Notes under the pieces: generated by a model
The model's database searches: none
What the model was told of the DNA's origin: nothing
The model's input: the letters and a program-made list of their open reading frames with translations, nothing else
Shown here: in pieces, positions 33,477 to 43,600 of the stretch
Layout: each line of letters opens with the position of its first letter
Numbering within the stretch: position 1 is the first letter of the stretch
Source of the DNA: Myxococcota bacterium
GTDB lineage: Bacteria; Myxococcota_A; UBA9042; PHBI01; JAWLBL01
DNA length: 64,000 bases
NCBI GenBank assembly: GCA_041687695.1
Contig: JAWLBL010000030.1
Coordinates: 1-64,000, forward strand
Direction: 5' to 3'
Made by a program: the position numbers and the translations under genes

Positions 33477-36400
33477 TCACCACAGATCGGCCCGCGTCGC
33501 GTGCTCCAGCCCGACGCCCCAGGTCGCCTCCAGCCGGCGCACCCACTCGGCCGCCGGCCGCTCGAGGCCCCGCAGGTCCCAGCGCAGCGCCACGCCGTCC
33601 CAGCCCGCGCTCACCAGCCCCTCGCCGCCGAGGAACGCAAGCCCCGACACGCGCTCGAGGTGCCCCGCGCCGACCATCTCCGGCGCGGCTCCCGCGCCCC
33701 ACACCCACACCTGCCCGTCCACGGTCCCGACCGCCACCCGCGCGCCCCCCGCCGCCACCGCGACCTCGCGCAGCCGCTCCCCCGGCACGGTCACCGCCCT
33801 CCGCACCCGCCCGCTCGCCACCTCTAACACCCGCACCTCGCCCTGCCGCGCGACCGCCACCACCTCGCCCGCCTCGTCCAGGGCCACCCGGACCGCCCCG
33901 GGCGCATCGGCCACGGCTCGCGCCGCTCCGAGCGCCTCGCCCACCCGCGCGACCTCGACCCGCCCGCGCGACGACAGCCAGGCCACCACCCGCCCGTCGG
34001 CGGACGCGACCGCGTCGATGGGCGAGCCGCCGTCCCCCACCGGGATGGCCCGCCCGGGGCCCTGTCGCGGCTCGAGCCACAGCGCCACGCCATACCCGGC
34101 CAGCAACAGGTCCCCGTTGGCGGCCGCCACCACGCGCCGGTAGTTCGTCGCGGGCCCCATCGTCCGCGCGTCCGCCTCCCCGAGGCGCCATCGCGCGACT
34201 CGGAACCGCCCAGGCCAGATCACGGCCAGCTCGTCCGGCGCGTCGTGCAGGAAGGCCGCGTCCTTGGCGACCGCCCGCAGGGGATCGGGCGGCAGCTCGC
34301 CCAGCGGTTCGCCCGTGCCGACCGCGACCACCTGGACCGCCCCCGACCCCGCGACCGTCACCAACGCGCGGCCGTCGGGGCTCGTCGCCAGCGTCGCCAG
34401 CCCCGCTCCGCCCCCATGGGCGCGGGCCTCGGCCGCTTCGGGCGGCCGCACCACGCGCAGCTCGTCCCCCAGCAGCACCAGCTCCAGAGCCCCCTCGTGG
34501 CGGCGCCACGCGAAGTCGCGGGCGCGCAGCCGCGGCAAGGCCAGCCAGGCCCGCCCGCGCGCCTCGTGCAGCGAGACCCAGCCCCGCTCGTCGCGCACGG
34601 CCAGCCAGGCGTCGTCGGGCGACCAGCGCAGGTCCGTCAGCGCACGGTCGGTCACCGCTCGCAGCCACGTCGTCTCACCGCTCGCCATGTCGACCACGCG
34701 CAGCTCGCCCCGCGTCCCGCCGAAGGCCGCCCGCGCCCCTACGTGGTCCAGCGCCGCGCTGATCGGGCCCTGCGCGGAGCCGGGCAGGGCCGGCATGGGG
34801 TGGTGGTCGCCCGTGGTCAGGTCGACCCGCAGCGGCCGATGGGTGTCCTCGCCGAAGGTCAGCGCGACCTGGCCGTCGCCGCTGACGGCCCGCGGCTGGC
34901 GGGCCTGAACGAGCAGCGGCGCGACCTCGTGCGTGGCCTCGCGCCACAGGACGAGGCGCTCGTCGAGGTCGCCGAGCGCCACGCCGGCGCCCGTGACCAC
35001 GCGCTCGATGACGACCGGGAACCCCGACGGCAGGACCGCGCCCACCTCGAGGTCCAGCGGGTGGGCCTGGTGCTGCTCGTCGCTGACCAGGGCGAGGGCC
35101 TCCGAGGCGAAGGCGACGGCCTCGGGGCGAGCGTCGATGCGCCACAACAGCCGCGTCGGCGCCACCGACCACAGCGAGGTCGCGTCGCCCTCGCGGCACA
35201 GCAGGCGGGTGCCCGCGGGAGACAGGCGGGCGGTCAGGCAGACCGGGGCGGGCTCGACGTGCACCAGATCCACCCGCGGCGCGTCGCCGTGGCGGGCCAG
35301 CACGCCGCGCGCCTCGGCGGACGCACCTCGCAGCAGCGCGTGGGCGGCCAGCAGCTCGGCCTCGGCCTGGGCCCCGTGGCGCTGGGCGAGCTGGGCCTGC
35401 TGCACCAGCAGGGCGGCGAAGCTGTGGTCGGCCTGCGTCAGCGCCGCGGCGGCCCGATCGCTCGCCGAGACGGCCTGGTCGCGCGCCGCCGTCGCCTGCG
35501 CCTCGGCGTCCCGGGCGCGGTCGCGCTCGGCCAGGGTCTGGGCGAAGGACGCGGCGAAGACCAGCGCGGTGACGAGCAGCCCCGCGGCCGCCACCAGCAG
35601 CGGGACCCGGAAGGCCCGGCCGAAGCGGCGCGCGTGGTCCCAGGGCGAGTAGCGGTAGGCCGCGACCGGGCGGCCGTCCAGCCAGGCGGCCAGGTCGTCG
35701 GCGAGCTGCTTGGCGTCGGCGTAGCGCTCGGCCGGGTCGCGCTTCAGGGCCCGGATCAGGATGGCGGCCAGCTCCGGCGGGGCGAAGGGCGCTGCGTCGG
35801 CCGGGTCGAACGCGGGGCCGTGCTCGAGCCGGGCGAAGGCCTCGTCGGCGGTGCGCGCGGCGATGAGCGGGCGGCGGGTCAGGATCTCGAACAGGATGGC
35901 GCCCAGGCTCCAGACGTCGGCGGCGCGGCTGGGTGCCTCGGCGCGGGCCTGCTCGGGGCTCATGTAGGCGGGCGTGCCGACCCGGACGCCGAAGGTGGTC
36001 CGCGCGGCCAGGTCGCCCGGGGGGGCCGGGACCCTGGCGCCCCCGTCGCCCGGGCCGTCGTCCAGCACCCGCGCGACGCCCCAGTCGACCACCAGGCTCT
36101 CGCCGAAGGCGCCCAGCATCAGGTTCGCGGGCTTCAGATCGCGGTGCACGACCCCGCGCGCGTGGGCGTAGGCCACGGTCTGGCAGACGCCCAGGAAGTG
36201 GCGCAGCAGCGTCGGCAGGTCCAGGTCGCCGTCGGCGAGGGCCGTCCGCAGCGACCGGCCCCGCACCAGGCGCATCGTGAAGAACAGGCGCCCGCGCGCG
36301 CCCCGTCCGGCGTCGTAGACCGGGACGACCCCCGGGTGCTCGAGCCGGGCCGTGATCCACGCCTCCTGCGCCAGGCGCTGCTCGAGCCCCGCCGCGCCCG

Positions 36401-36668
36401 GTTCGCCCGGCAGCACCTCCTTCAGCGCGACCTCGCGACGCAGCCGCACGTCGGTCGCCACCGACACCTGCCCCATCCCGCCGCGGGCCATCGGTTGCGC
36501 GTCGCGGTAGCGCGCCCCCTCGGCGGTCGCGAACGGATGGATCGCCCCTTCGGGCCCCTCGCCCCAGCAGGCGGCCGAGCTCGCCGGCCGCTCCGTCAGC
36601 GCCAGCGCCGAGTCCATCCACCAGGACGAGACGTCCTCAGCCCCCTCCGCGTCGTCGTCCCCCGTCAT
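33477..36668 (-). CDS. Hanks-type Ser/Thr kinase with hydrophobic segment, coiled coil and WD40 repeats
   Basis: RGGMGQV, VALK, HRDLKPAN, DWG and GTPAYMSPEQ; C-terminal GHLERVSGLAF...SAGWDG. Confidence 0.9.
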   Translation of the reverse strand: MTGDDDAEGAEDVSSWWMDSALALTERPASSAACWGEGPEGAIHPFATAEGARYRDAQPMARGGMGQVSVATDVRLRREVALKEVLPGEPGAAGLEQRLAQEAWITARLEHPGVVPVYDAGRGARGRLFFTMRLVRGRSLRTALADGDLDLPTLLRHFLGVCQTVAYAHARGVVHRDLKPANLMLGAFGESLVVDWGVARVLDDGPGDGGARVPAPPGDLAARTTFGVRVGTPAYMSPEQARAEAPSRAADVWSLGAILFEILTRRPLIAARTADEAFARLEHGPAFDPADAAPFAPPELAAILIRALKRDPAERYADAKQLADDLAAWLDGRPVAAYRYSPWDHARRFGRAFRVPLLVAAAGLLVTALVFAASFAQTLAERDRARDAEAQATAARDQAVSASDRAAAALTQADHSFAALLVQQAQLAQRHGAQAEAELLAAHALLRGASAEARGVLARHGDAPRVDLVHVEPAPVCLTARLSPAGTRLLCREGDATSLWSVAPTRLLWRIDARPEAVAFASEALALVSDEQHQAHPLDLEVGAVLPSGFPVVIERVVTGAGVALGDLDERLVLWREATHEVAPLLVQARQPRAVSGDGQVALTFGEDTHRPLRVDLTTGDHHPMPALPGSAQGPISAALDHVGARAAFGGTRGELRVVDMASGETTWLRAVTDRALTDLRWSPDDAWLAVRDERGWVSLHEARGRAWLALPRLRARDFAWRRHEGALELVLLGDELRVVRPPEAAEARAHGGGAGLATLATSPDGRALVTVAGSGAVQVVAVGTGEPLGELPPDPLRAVAKDAAFLHDAPDELAVIWPGRFRVARWRLGEADARTMGPATNYRRVVAAANGDLLLAGYGVALWLEPRQGPGRAIPVGDGGSPIDAVASADGRVVAWLSSRGRVEVARVGEALGAARAVADAPGAVRVALDEAGEVVAVARQGEVRVLEVASGRVRRAVTVPGERLREVAVAAGGARVAVGTVDGQVWVWGAGAAPEMVGAGHLERVSGLAFLGGEGLVSAGWDGVALRWDLRGLERPAAEWVRRLEATWGVGLEHATRADLW

Positions 36669-36725
36669 GACGGCACTCTAGGGCGCTTTCCCGTGGGCTG
36701 TCGATTGGTTCGCCAGCGCGCGCGT

Positions 36726-36766
36726 TGTTGCGTCGCAGCAACACCGGCCTAACACGGTTCTGACAT
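36726..36766. promoter_or_regulatory. candidate winged-helix regulator sites (11-bp-period direct repeats plus a palindrome)
   Basis: AACAC at 36740 and 36751, GACAT at 36762; TGTTGC-N6-GCAACA at 36726-36743. Confidence 0.45.
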
Positions 36767-36861
36767 CGTCACGCCGCCCATGGCGTGCGACGCCATCTCG
36801 CGCGTAGGCTGCGCTCGGCGGCCCGGCCGCCCCACGCGCACCGCCCACCCCAGGACCACCC

Positions 36862-39800
36862 GTGACCACTCGATCTCTTCGCGCCGCGATGCGGCTGACC
36901 CTGTGCCTCGCCCTGGTCGCCTGCGGCGACGCGGGAGACGGCGCCCCGACCGGGCCCGTCGGCTCCATGGCCGCTCGAGGCGGCGAGCTCGCCGACCCGG
37001 CCACCTTCACCGTGTCCAGCGCCACCCTCGACGCCGACGGCTGGGTCGCCGTCTGGCACGAGCTCGGCAGCACCCACGAGCTCGCCGGCGCCGTCTTCAT
37101 CGCCCGCGGCGCCCACCAGGACATCGTGGTCCCGCTCGACCCGCCGGTCGGCACGCTCGCCAGCCTGAGCGGCCTGAAGCTGCGCGTCTCGCTGCACGTC
37201 GACGACCCGGCCGACGGCAAGTTCACCGCGAAGGACACCCGCCTCGACGGCGACGACCCCGTCGTGAAGAACGCGGACGGCGTTCCGGTCCTGGGCGTGC
37301 TCGAGGTGTCGCTGCCTCCCGAGGAGCCGAACACCCTGGTCATCGCCGACCAGACCATCACCCAGGACCCGCCCAAGGTGACCGTCGCCGCCTCGCTCGA
37401 CGAAGCGCCTGCCCAGCTCGTCATCACCGACGCCGCCGGGGCGGTCGTCGGGACCGAGCGCATCTGGGACAAGCACCCGCGCAACTATCCAGTCTCGGTC
37501 ACCCTGACCCGCTCGTGGACCCCGGCGGTGCTGACCGGCGCCCTGTACGCCGACGCCGGCGGTGTGGCCGACCTCGACGCGCCCGTCCTGAACCTGGCGG
37601 GCCAGCCCGTCAAGGCCACCTTCGAGGCCACCTACCCGCCCGACAACGGCCTGCAGGTCGCCGACCAGACGCTGAAGAGCTGGGGCTACAAGATCAAGGT
37701 GGCCAACGTCGCCGTCGACGAGCTGCCTGCGTGGGTCGCCGTGTACGAGGACGACGACGGCGCGCCCGGGGCGCTGCTGGGCGCGGTCGCCGTGACCACC
37801 AGCCCGAAGGTCGGCCTCGACGTCGACCTCGACCGCTTCGTGGCGGGCGTCGAGACCCTCTGGGTCGCCGTGCACGCCGACGCGCCCGCCGACGGCGTGC
37901 TCACCGCCGCCGACCCCTACCTGCTGGGCGCCGACGCGCAGCCGCTGCTCGTGGCCATCGTCGTGACCAACCAGGCCTGCGGCGGCGGCAAGACCAAGCG
38001 CTGCGATCCGGCCAAGCCCAACGCCATCAGCTGGCTCGACCACTGCGGCGAGCCGCTCGCGACGACCACGCCCTGCCCGGGCGGCGGCACCTGCGACGAC
38101 AGCGGCCCCTACGTGACCTGCACGACGCCGGTCGACCCGTGCGCGGGCGTCGGCCAGACGGTCTGCCTCGCCGAGGACCCGACCGCCACCTACTTCACCG
38201 ACAAGTGCGGCGTCCCGACCAAGGTCGCGACCAAGTGCGGCGCCACCTCGGAGTGCGTCGACTCGGGCACCTTCGCCACCTGCAAGCTCGCCCCGAGCTG
38301 CGCCGGCAACACCACGACCTTCTGCGATCCGAGCGACCTGACCAAGGTCTTCTGGCTCGACAGCTGCGGTGAGCCCAACGGCAACTCCTGGCCCTGCGGG
38401 GCTACCTCCGTGTGCGACGACAGCTCCGGTAGCCCGGCCTGCGTCGCCGCCGACTCCTGCGCGGGCAACTCGGTCCTGACCTGCAACCCCGACGACCCCG
38501 GCAACCTGTACTGGCTCGACAAGTGCGGCGAGCTGAGCGGCGCGACGCTGCCTTGCGGCGCCGGCCTGGTCTGCGACGAGAGCGCGGGCGAGGCGGTCTG
38601 CGTCGACCCGAACCCTTGCACCGGCACGGCGCAGAAGTTCTGCGACCCGGCCGACCCGTCGAAGGTCAAGTGGCTCGACGCCTGCGGCGAGGTGATGGCC
38701 AGCGCCTACCCGTGCGGCGCCGGGTACGCCTGCAGCGAGGCGTCGGGCGAGGCGACCTGCGTCTCGACCGATCTGTGCGGCGGCAACACGGCCACCGTGT
38801 GCGTCGACGAGGACCCGGGCAACGTCTACTGGGTGGACGGCTGCGGCGAGCTGACCGGCAGCACCTACCCGTGCGGGGTGGGCACCTGCGACGACGGCGG
38901 CGGCGCGGCCAAGTGCACCTTCGTCGGCTCGTGCGAGGACGACAAGCGGCGCGTGTGCGACCCCGGCGACCCGACGCGGGTCCTGCTGACCAACGCCTGC
39001 GGCGACGACCTGGGCGTCTTCTCGACCTGCGCCAACGGCAAGCGGTGCAGCGAGGCGACCCCGGGCGAGGCGACCTGCGCCTGCGTGCCGACCGACGACG
39101 TGGTCTGCTTCGGCAAGCACTTCCTGTATGAGCCCAGCGGCGTCCGCAAGGTCGACTCCTGCGGCTACCCGAGCGGACCGGTCGTCACCGAGTGTGACAA
39201 CGGCGAGATCTGCTTCGAGGGCCCGAGCGGGCCGGAGTGCACGACCTCGCTGAGCGACGAGACCTCGCCGATGGTCCACCGCGGCTGCAGCTTCATCGAC
39301 CACGTCACCTACAAGACGGCGCTCGAGGTCGACTGCCGCTGCCGTCGCCACGCGGCGACCAAGGACGACATCGACCACTACGACATGGGCGGCAACCAGG
39401 CCTGCCAGCCGCAGGCCAGCTCGTGGGACGACGGCTGGACCATGGGCGAGGGGCCGCACTTCCGCCACATGGTCCACAGCTTCAACGGCGGCGGCGTCTA
39501 CTCGCCGGCCCACGGCGAGCTGTTCGCGACCAAGCACTTCACCGACCCCAGCTACGAGGGGGCGGGGATGGTCGTCGCCTACGACATCCAGAGCGGCGCG
39601 CGGCGCATCGTCAGCGGGCGCTTCCCAGAGCCCGACGGCGGCTACACGATGCACGGCAGCGGCTACGAGTCGCAGCGGTCGGTGGGGACGCAGCTGTTCG
39701 AGGCGACCACGCTCCCCGGCGCCTGGGACCTCGAGCTGGGCGCGGACGGGATGCTGTACGTCTGGGGCAGCCGCGCCGGAAACAAGGAGATCACGCGCGT

Positions 39801-40569
39801 CCACCCCGACACCGGCGCCCGCACACTGGTGTGGAAGCAGGCGCTCGAGGGCGACGCCGCCGCGCCGGCCTTCGGGCAGTGCTACTCGACCCGGGCCAAG
39901 GCCACCTGGCACGGCGGCTTCGCCCCGGTGCAGCTCGAGCACCACGCCTTCGCCATGGGCCCCGACGGCAGCTTCTACCTGGGCTTCCGCAACGACGCCT
40001 CCGAGGGCAACGGCGTCGTCCGCATCGCGCCCGACGGGGCGACCTGCACGGTCGTGTCGCGCTGGAACGGGACGATGGGCGAGGTCGGCGGCGGCGCCTC
40101 GCCCCAGTACAGCAACCTCGAGGGCTTCCTGGTCCGGGACGGCAAGCTGTACGCGACGCTGCAGATCGGCAAGGTGCTGCTGTCCATCGACGTCGCCACG
40201 GGCCAGCGGACGGTCATCGCCAACCCGCCCGGGTCGGTCGCCTCGACCCCCGGCCAGAGCACGATGTTCTGGGACACGACGCGCGATCTCCTCATCACGG
40301 CGGGCGGCGTGCAGGCCTACCTGGCGGTCGCCGTCGACGTCGACTCGGGCGAGCGGCAGGCCCTCTTCCTGACCAGCCCGGACGCGATGATCAAGAGCGC
40401 CCCGCCCTGGGAGACCGGCGCCCACGGCGCCATCGACAACGGCAACTACATGGGCTACGGCGCGCTCGCCATGGACCCGGTCAACCCCGACCACCTCTAC
40501 CTGGTCATCAAGTACGGCCTGCTCAAGTACGAGATGTCGACCGGCAACAGCTACGTCATGTCGCAGTGA
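36862..40569 (+). CDS. large lipoprotein with N-terminal beta-sandwich repeats, eight six-Cys repeats and a C-terminal propeller-like domain
   Basis: Lipobox LVAC; repeats of about 53 aa with the pattern C-x7-C-x3-DP-x4-W-x-D-x-CG; 1235 aa. Confidence 0.8.
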   Translation: MTTRSLRAAMRLTLCLALVACGDAGDGAPTGPVGSMAARGGELADPATFTVSSATLDADGWVAVWHELGSTHELAGAVFIARGAHQDIVVPLDPPVGTLASLSGLKLRVSLHVDDPADGKFTAKDTRLDGDDPVVKNADGVPVLGVLEVSLPPEEPNTLVIADQTITQDPPKVTVAASLDEAPAQLVITDAAGAVVGTERIWDKHPRNYPVSVTLTRSWTPAVLTGALYADAGGVADLDAPVLNLAGQPVKATFEATYPPDNGLQVADQTLKSWGYKIKVANVAVDELPAWVAVYEDDDGAPGALLGAVAVTTSPKVGLDVDLDRFVAGVETLWVAVHADAPADGVLTAADPYLLGADAQPLLVAIVVTNQACGGGKTKRCDPAKPNAISWLDHCGEPLATTTPCPGGGTCDDSGPYVTCTTPVDPCAGVGQTVCLAEDPTATYFTDKCGVPTKVATKCGATSECVDSGTFATCKLAPSCAGNTTTFCDPSDLTKVFWLDSCGEPNGNSWPCGATSVCDDSSGSPACVAADSCAGNSVLTCNPDDPGNLYWLDKCGELSGATLPCGAGLVCDESAGEAVCVDPNPCTGTAQKFCDPADPSKVKWLDACGEVMASAYPCGAGYACSEASGEATCVSTDLCGGNTATVCVDEDPGNVYWVDGCGELTGSTYPCGVGTCDDGGGAAKCTFVGSCEDDKRRVCDPGDPTRVLLTNACGDDLGVFSTCANGKRCSEATPGEATCACVPTDDVVCFGKHFLYEPSGVRKVDSCGYPSGPVVTECDNGEICFEGPSGPECTTSLSDETSPMVHRGCSFIDHVTYKTALEVDCRCRRHAATKDDIDHYDMGGNQACQPQASSWDDGWTMGEGPHFRHMVHSFNGGGVYSPAHGELFATKHFTDPSYEGAGMVVAYDIQSGARRIVSGRFPEPDGGYTMHGSGYESQRSVGTQLFEATTLPGAWDLELGADGMLYVWGSRAGNKEITRVHPDTGARTLVWKQALEGDAAAPAFGQCYSTRAKATWHGGFAPVQLEHHAFAMGPDGSFYLGFRNDASEGNGVVRIAPDGATCTVVSRWNGTMGEVGGGASPQYSNLEGFLVRDGKLYATLQIGKVLLSIDVATGQRTVIANPPGSVASTPGQSTMFWDTTRDLLITAGGVQAYLAVAVDVDSGERQALFLTSPDAMIKSAPPWETGAHGAIDNGNYMGYGALAMDPVNPDHLYLVIKYGLLKYEMSTGNSYVMSQ

Positions 40570-40629
40570 CAGCGGGCGAGCGCGCCGGCGCCTCCCAGGC
40601 GACGACCTGGGGGCGCCGACGCGCGGTGC

Positions 40630-43600
40630 TCAGTACATGCCGGTCATGCGCAGGTAGAAGCCGCCGTGGTCGCGGTCGGGGTCGTCCAGCAGATCGTCCG
40701 AGAAGTCGGTGAAGTTGTAGCCGGCGCCCAGGCGCACGTGGCGGGCGATGGTGTAGGCCAGCTCGACCAGGGCGCCGTGCTGGGTCCCCCCGGCCAGCGC
40801 CGAGTGCAGCAGGCGATACTCGACCGCGGCGTCGAAGCCGTCGACCAGGTGGTAGCCCAGCCGGTTGACCCACAGGACCAGGTCGTCGGTGGCCTCGGGT
40901 GAGCCCGACAGGCGCGTGGTCACGTGCTTCCAGGCCACCTTCTCGGCCAGCTGGAAGCGCCAGGGCAGCTCGAAGATGGCGGCCACGCTGAACAGGCTGC
41001 TGAGCTGGCGCTGCGTCAGGCCCAGCGGGGCGCCGTCGGGGCCGACCAGGACCAGATCGCGGTGGCGCAGGTGGCGCGTGGCGCGCGCGACGAGGGTCAG
41101 CCAGTCCGCCTCGACCGGGCGGTAGGCCAGGCCGGCCGTGGCCTCGAGCGCCTCCTCCTCGACCGAGCGGTTGGTCAGGTTCTGGGTCAGCGTGTAGTTG
41201 CCGACGCCCAGGAAGGTCAGATCCTCGGTCAGCTTGAAGTCCAGGCCGTTCATCAGCAGCGCCTGGATGCGCTCGCTCCCGTCCTGCACCTGGTCGCCGC
41301 GGTCCCAGCGCACCTCGTAGCGCCCGCCCAGCTTCAGCCGGTCCCAGGCCAGCACCTCGAGCCCGGCGCTGACCACGTCGCGTCCGCCGCGCCCCTCGTA
41401 GCCCCCGAAGGTCTGCGTGTGCTCGTACGCGCCCGACAGCGACACGCCCTCGGCCAGCGGGAAGCGCCGCGACAGCCCCAGCACCGCCCGGTTCGTGCGC
41501 GCCGCGACCCCAGTGTCCAGGCGGTACTCGCCCCAGGCCCGCCCCAGCCCGGCCTCGTCCAGGTTCGTGTCCGCGCCCACCACGGTCGCGTGCACGAGAT
41601 CCCCCGTCTCGCGCTGGGTCTGGAACCGCTCCTCGAGGTACACGTTGGCCGAGTCGACCAGCCGCGTCCGCACCCCGACCCGCGTCGCGTTGTCGCCGTT
41701 CCACCGCAGGATCTCACCCACGCTCAGCGCGAAGTCGTCCGTCAGCTTGTAGATGAGCCCGACGTTCGTCGTCATCCGGTCGCCCAGGCTGCTGCCGACC
41801 ACCGCGTCGTCGCCCGCCAGCACGGCCTCCTGCGACAGCGTGCCCGTCAGGCGGTCCGTGAACGCCCAGCTGCCGCCCAGCGCCACCGCCGCCGTGTCGT
41901 GCACCACCCCGTCGCCGTCGTCGCGGTGCTGCGCCCACGCCCCCTCGGCCAGCAGCCCCAGCCGCCCGATGCGCCGCCGGTACTGCCCCGAGTAGCGCAG
42001 CCGAGTCAGCGCGTCGAACCGGTCCCGGTCGGTCTCGCGCTCGGTCAGCAGGACCGTGTCCAGGTCCGCCCGCAGCAGCACCTGGTCGTGCTCGGTCGGC
42101 CGGAACAGCGCCTGCCCGCCGACCTTCTCCATGCCGCGCTGCAGCGTGTGCCCCCACGCGTGGAAGCCCGGGTCCATCGACTGGTACCACCCGGTCACCC
42201 GCAGATCGAGCGCCTCCTCCCCGACCAGCTTGCCCACGTGGCTGTCCAGGCCCGCCTTGAACCCGAACCCGTGCCGCTCGCCGCCCGACCGGTCCAGCTG
42301 TCGATAGTTCAGGCCGCCGTCGTTCGACACCCGCGTCGCCCCGTCGCTCGACAGCGACTCGGCGAACTCCAGCGTCAGCCGCGTGTCCTCGGTCACGTCC
42401 ACCTTCGCGTGCGCGCCCAGCAGCTCGTAGTCCTCGCCCGCCCGCCGCTGCTCGCGCACGTAGCCGCCGCCGATCTCCAGGTGCTTGCCCAGCCGCTGCG
42501 CGCCGTGCACGCCATAGGCGTACTGCCCGGCCACCCCGCCGTCGCGCGCCTCGTAGGTCGCGACCACCCACACCTCGTGGCCGTCCAGGATCTCGCGCCC
42601 GCCGAACGGCTGCAGATCCCCGATGGTGAACAGCGCGTCCACCGTCGACGCCAGCGGCGCCTTCATCGTCACGCGCCCGTCGCGGTAGTCGACGCGGTAG
42701 TCCCGGTCGCGCAGCAGCGTGACGCGCGCCAGCTCCATGCCGGTCAGCTGCTCGCGCACCACGATCTCGATCTTGTCGGACCCCTCGATGAGCTCGCGGT
42801 GCGACAGGTAGTACAGGCTGCCGCCGGTGGCCCGCAGCTCGTCCTGGCCGCGCACCAGGGTGTCGTTGTCGTCGGTCGCGAAGCCCTGCAGGCGCGTGTC
42901 GAACCCCTCGGCCACGGCGTGGTTCAGGTCGACCTCGACGCCGTAGAACGTGCGCTGGTAGCGCAGCAGCTCGATGCCCTGCAGATCGGTCCGGAAGTTG
43001 CCGACCTTCAGCCGCGACCGGTCCGCCTCGACCAGCACGTACAGCGGCCCGCGCGCCTGCGCGTCCTGGATGTCCGCCGACGCGTCGCCGAAGACGGCGT
43101 AGTCCCGCGCCGGGTCGATGACCTGCTCGTAGAACGGCGTGAACTCGCGCCGCCGCGCCGTGTCCAGGTGCGCCGTGACGAACAGCTCCTCGGCCAGGGC
43201 CGACCCGCTGACGCGGCCCTTCAGGTACAGCGCCCCGCGCCCCTGCAGGAACACGCCGTCGGTCTCGGTGGACGTCGCCTCGGTGCGCTCGGCCAGCCGC
43301 GCCCCGACCTGTCCGACCGCGCCGTCGGCCAGCGCCAGCAGGAAGAACTCGCGGTCGGTGACCTCGACCGGCCAGGTGACGCGAGCCGTGTAGCCCGCCG
43401 CGTCGGTGCTGACGATGACCAGCTCGCTCTTGCCGGTCGGCAGCGGCGCCGTCGTGGAAAAGCGCCCCTGGTCGTCGACGCCGACCGCGACACCGTTGAC
43501 CGTCACCCGGTTGTCGGGGTGCGTCTCGCCCGCCAGGAACAGCCGGTTGGTCCCCAGCGGCAGCCCGCGCGGCGGCAGCTTCACCTTCAGCTGGTCGGCC

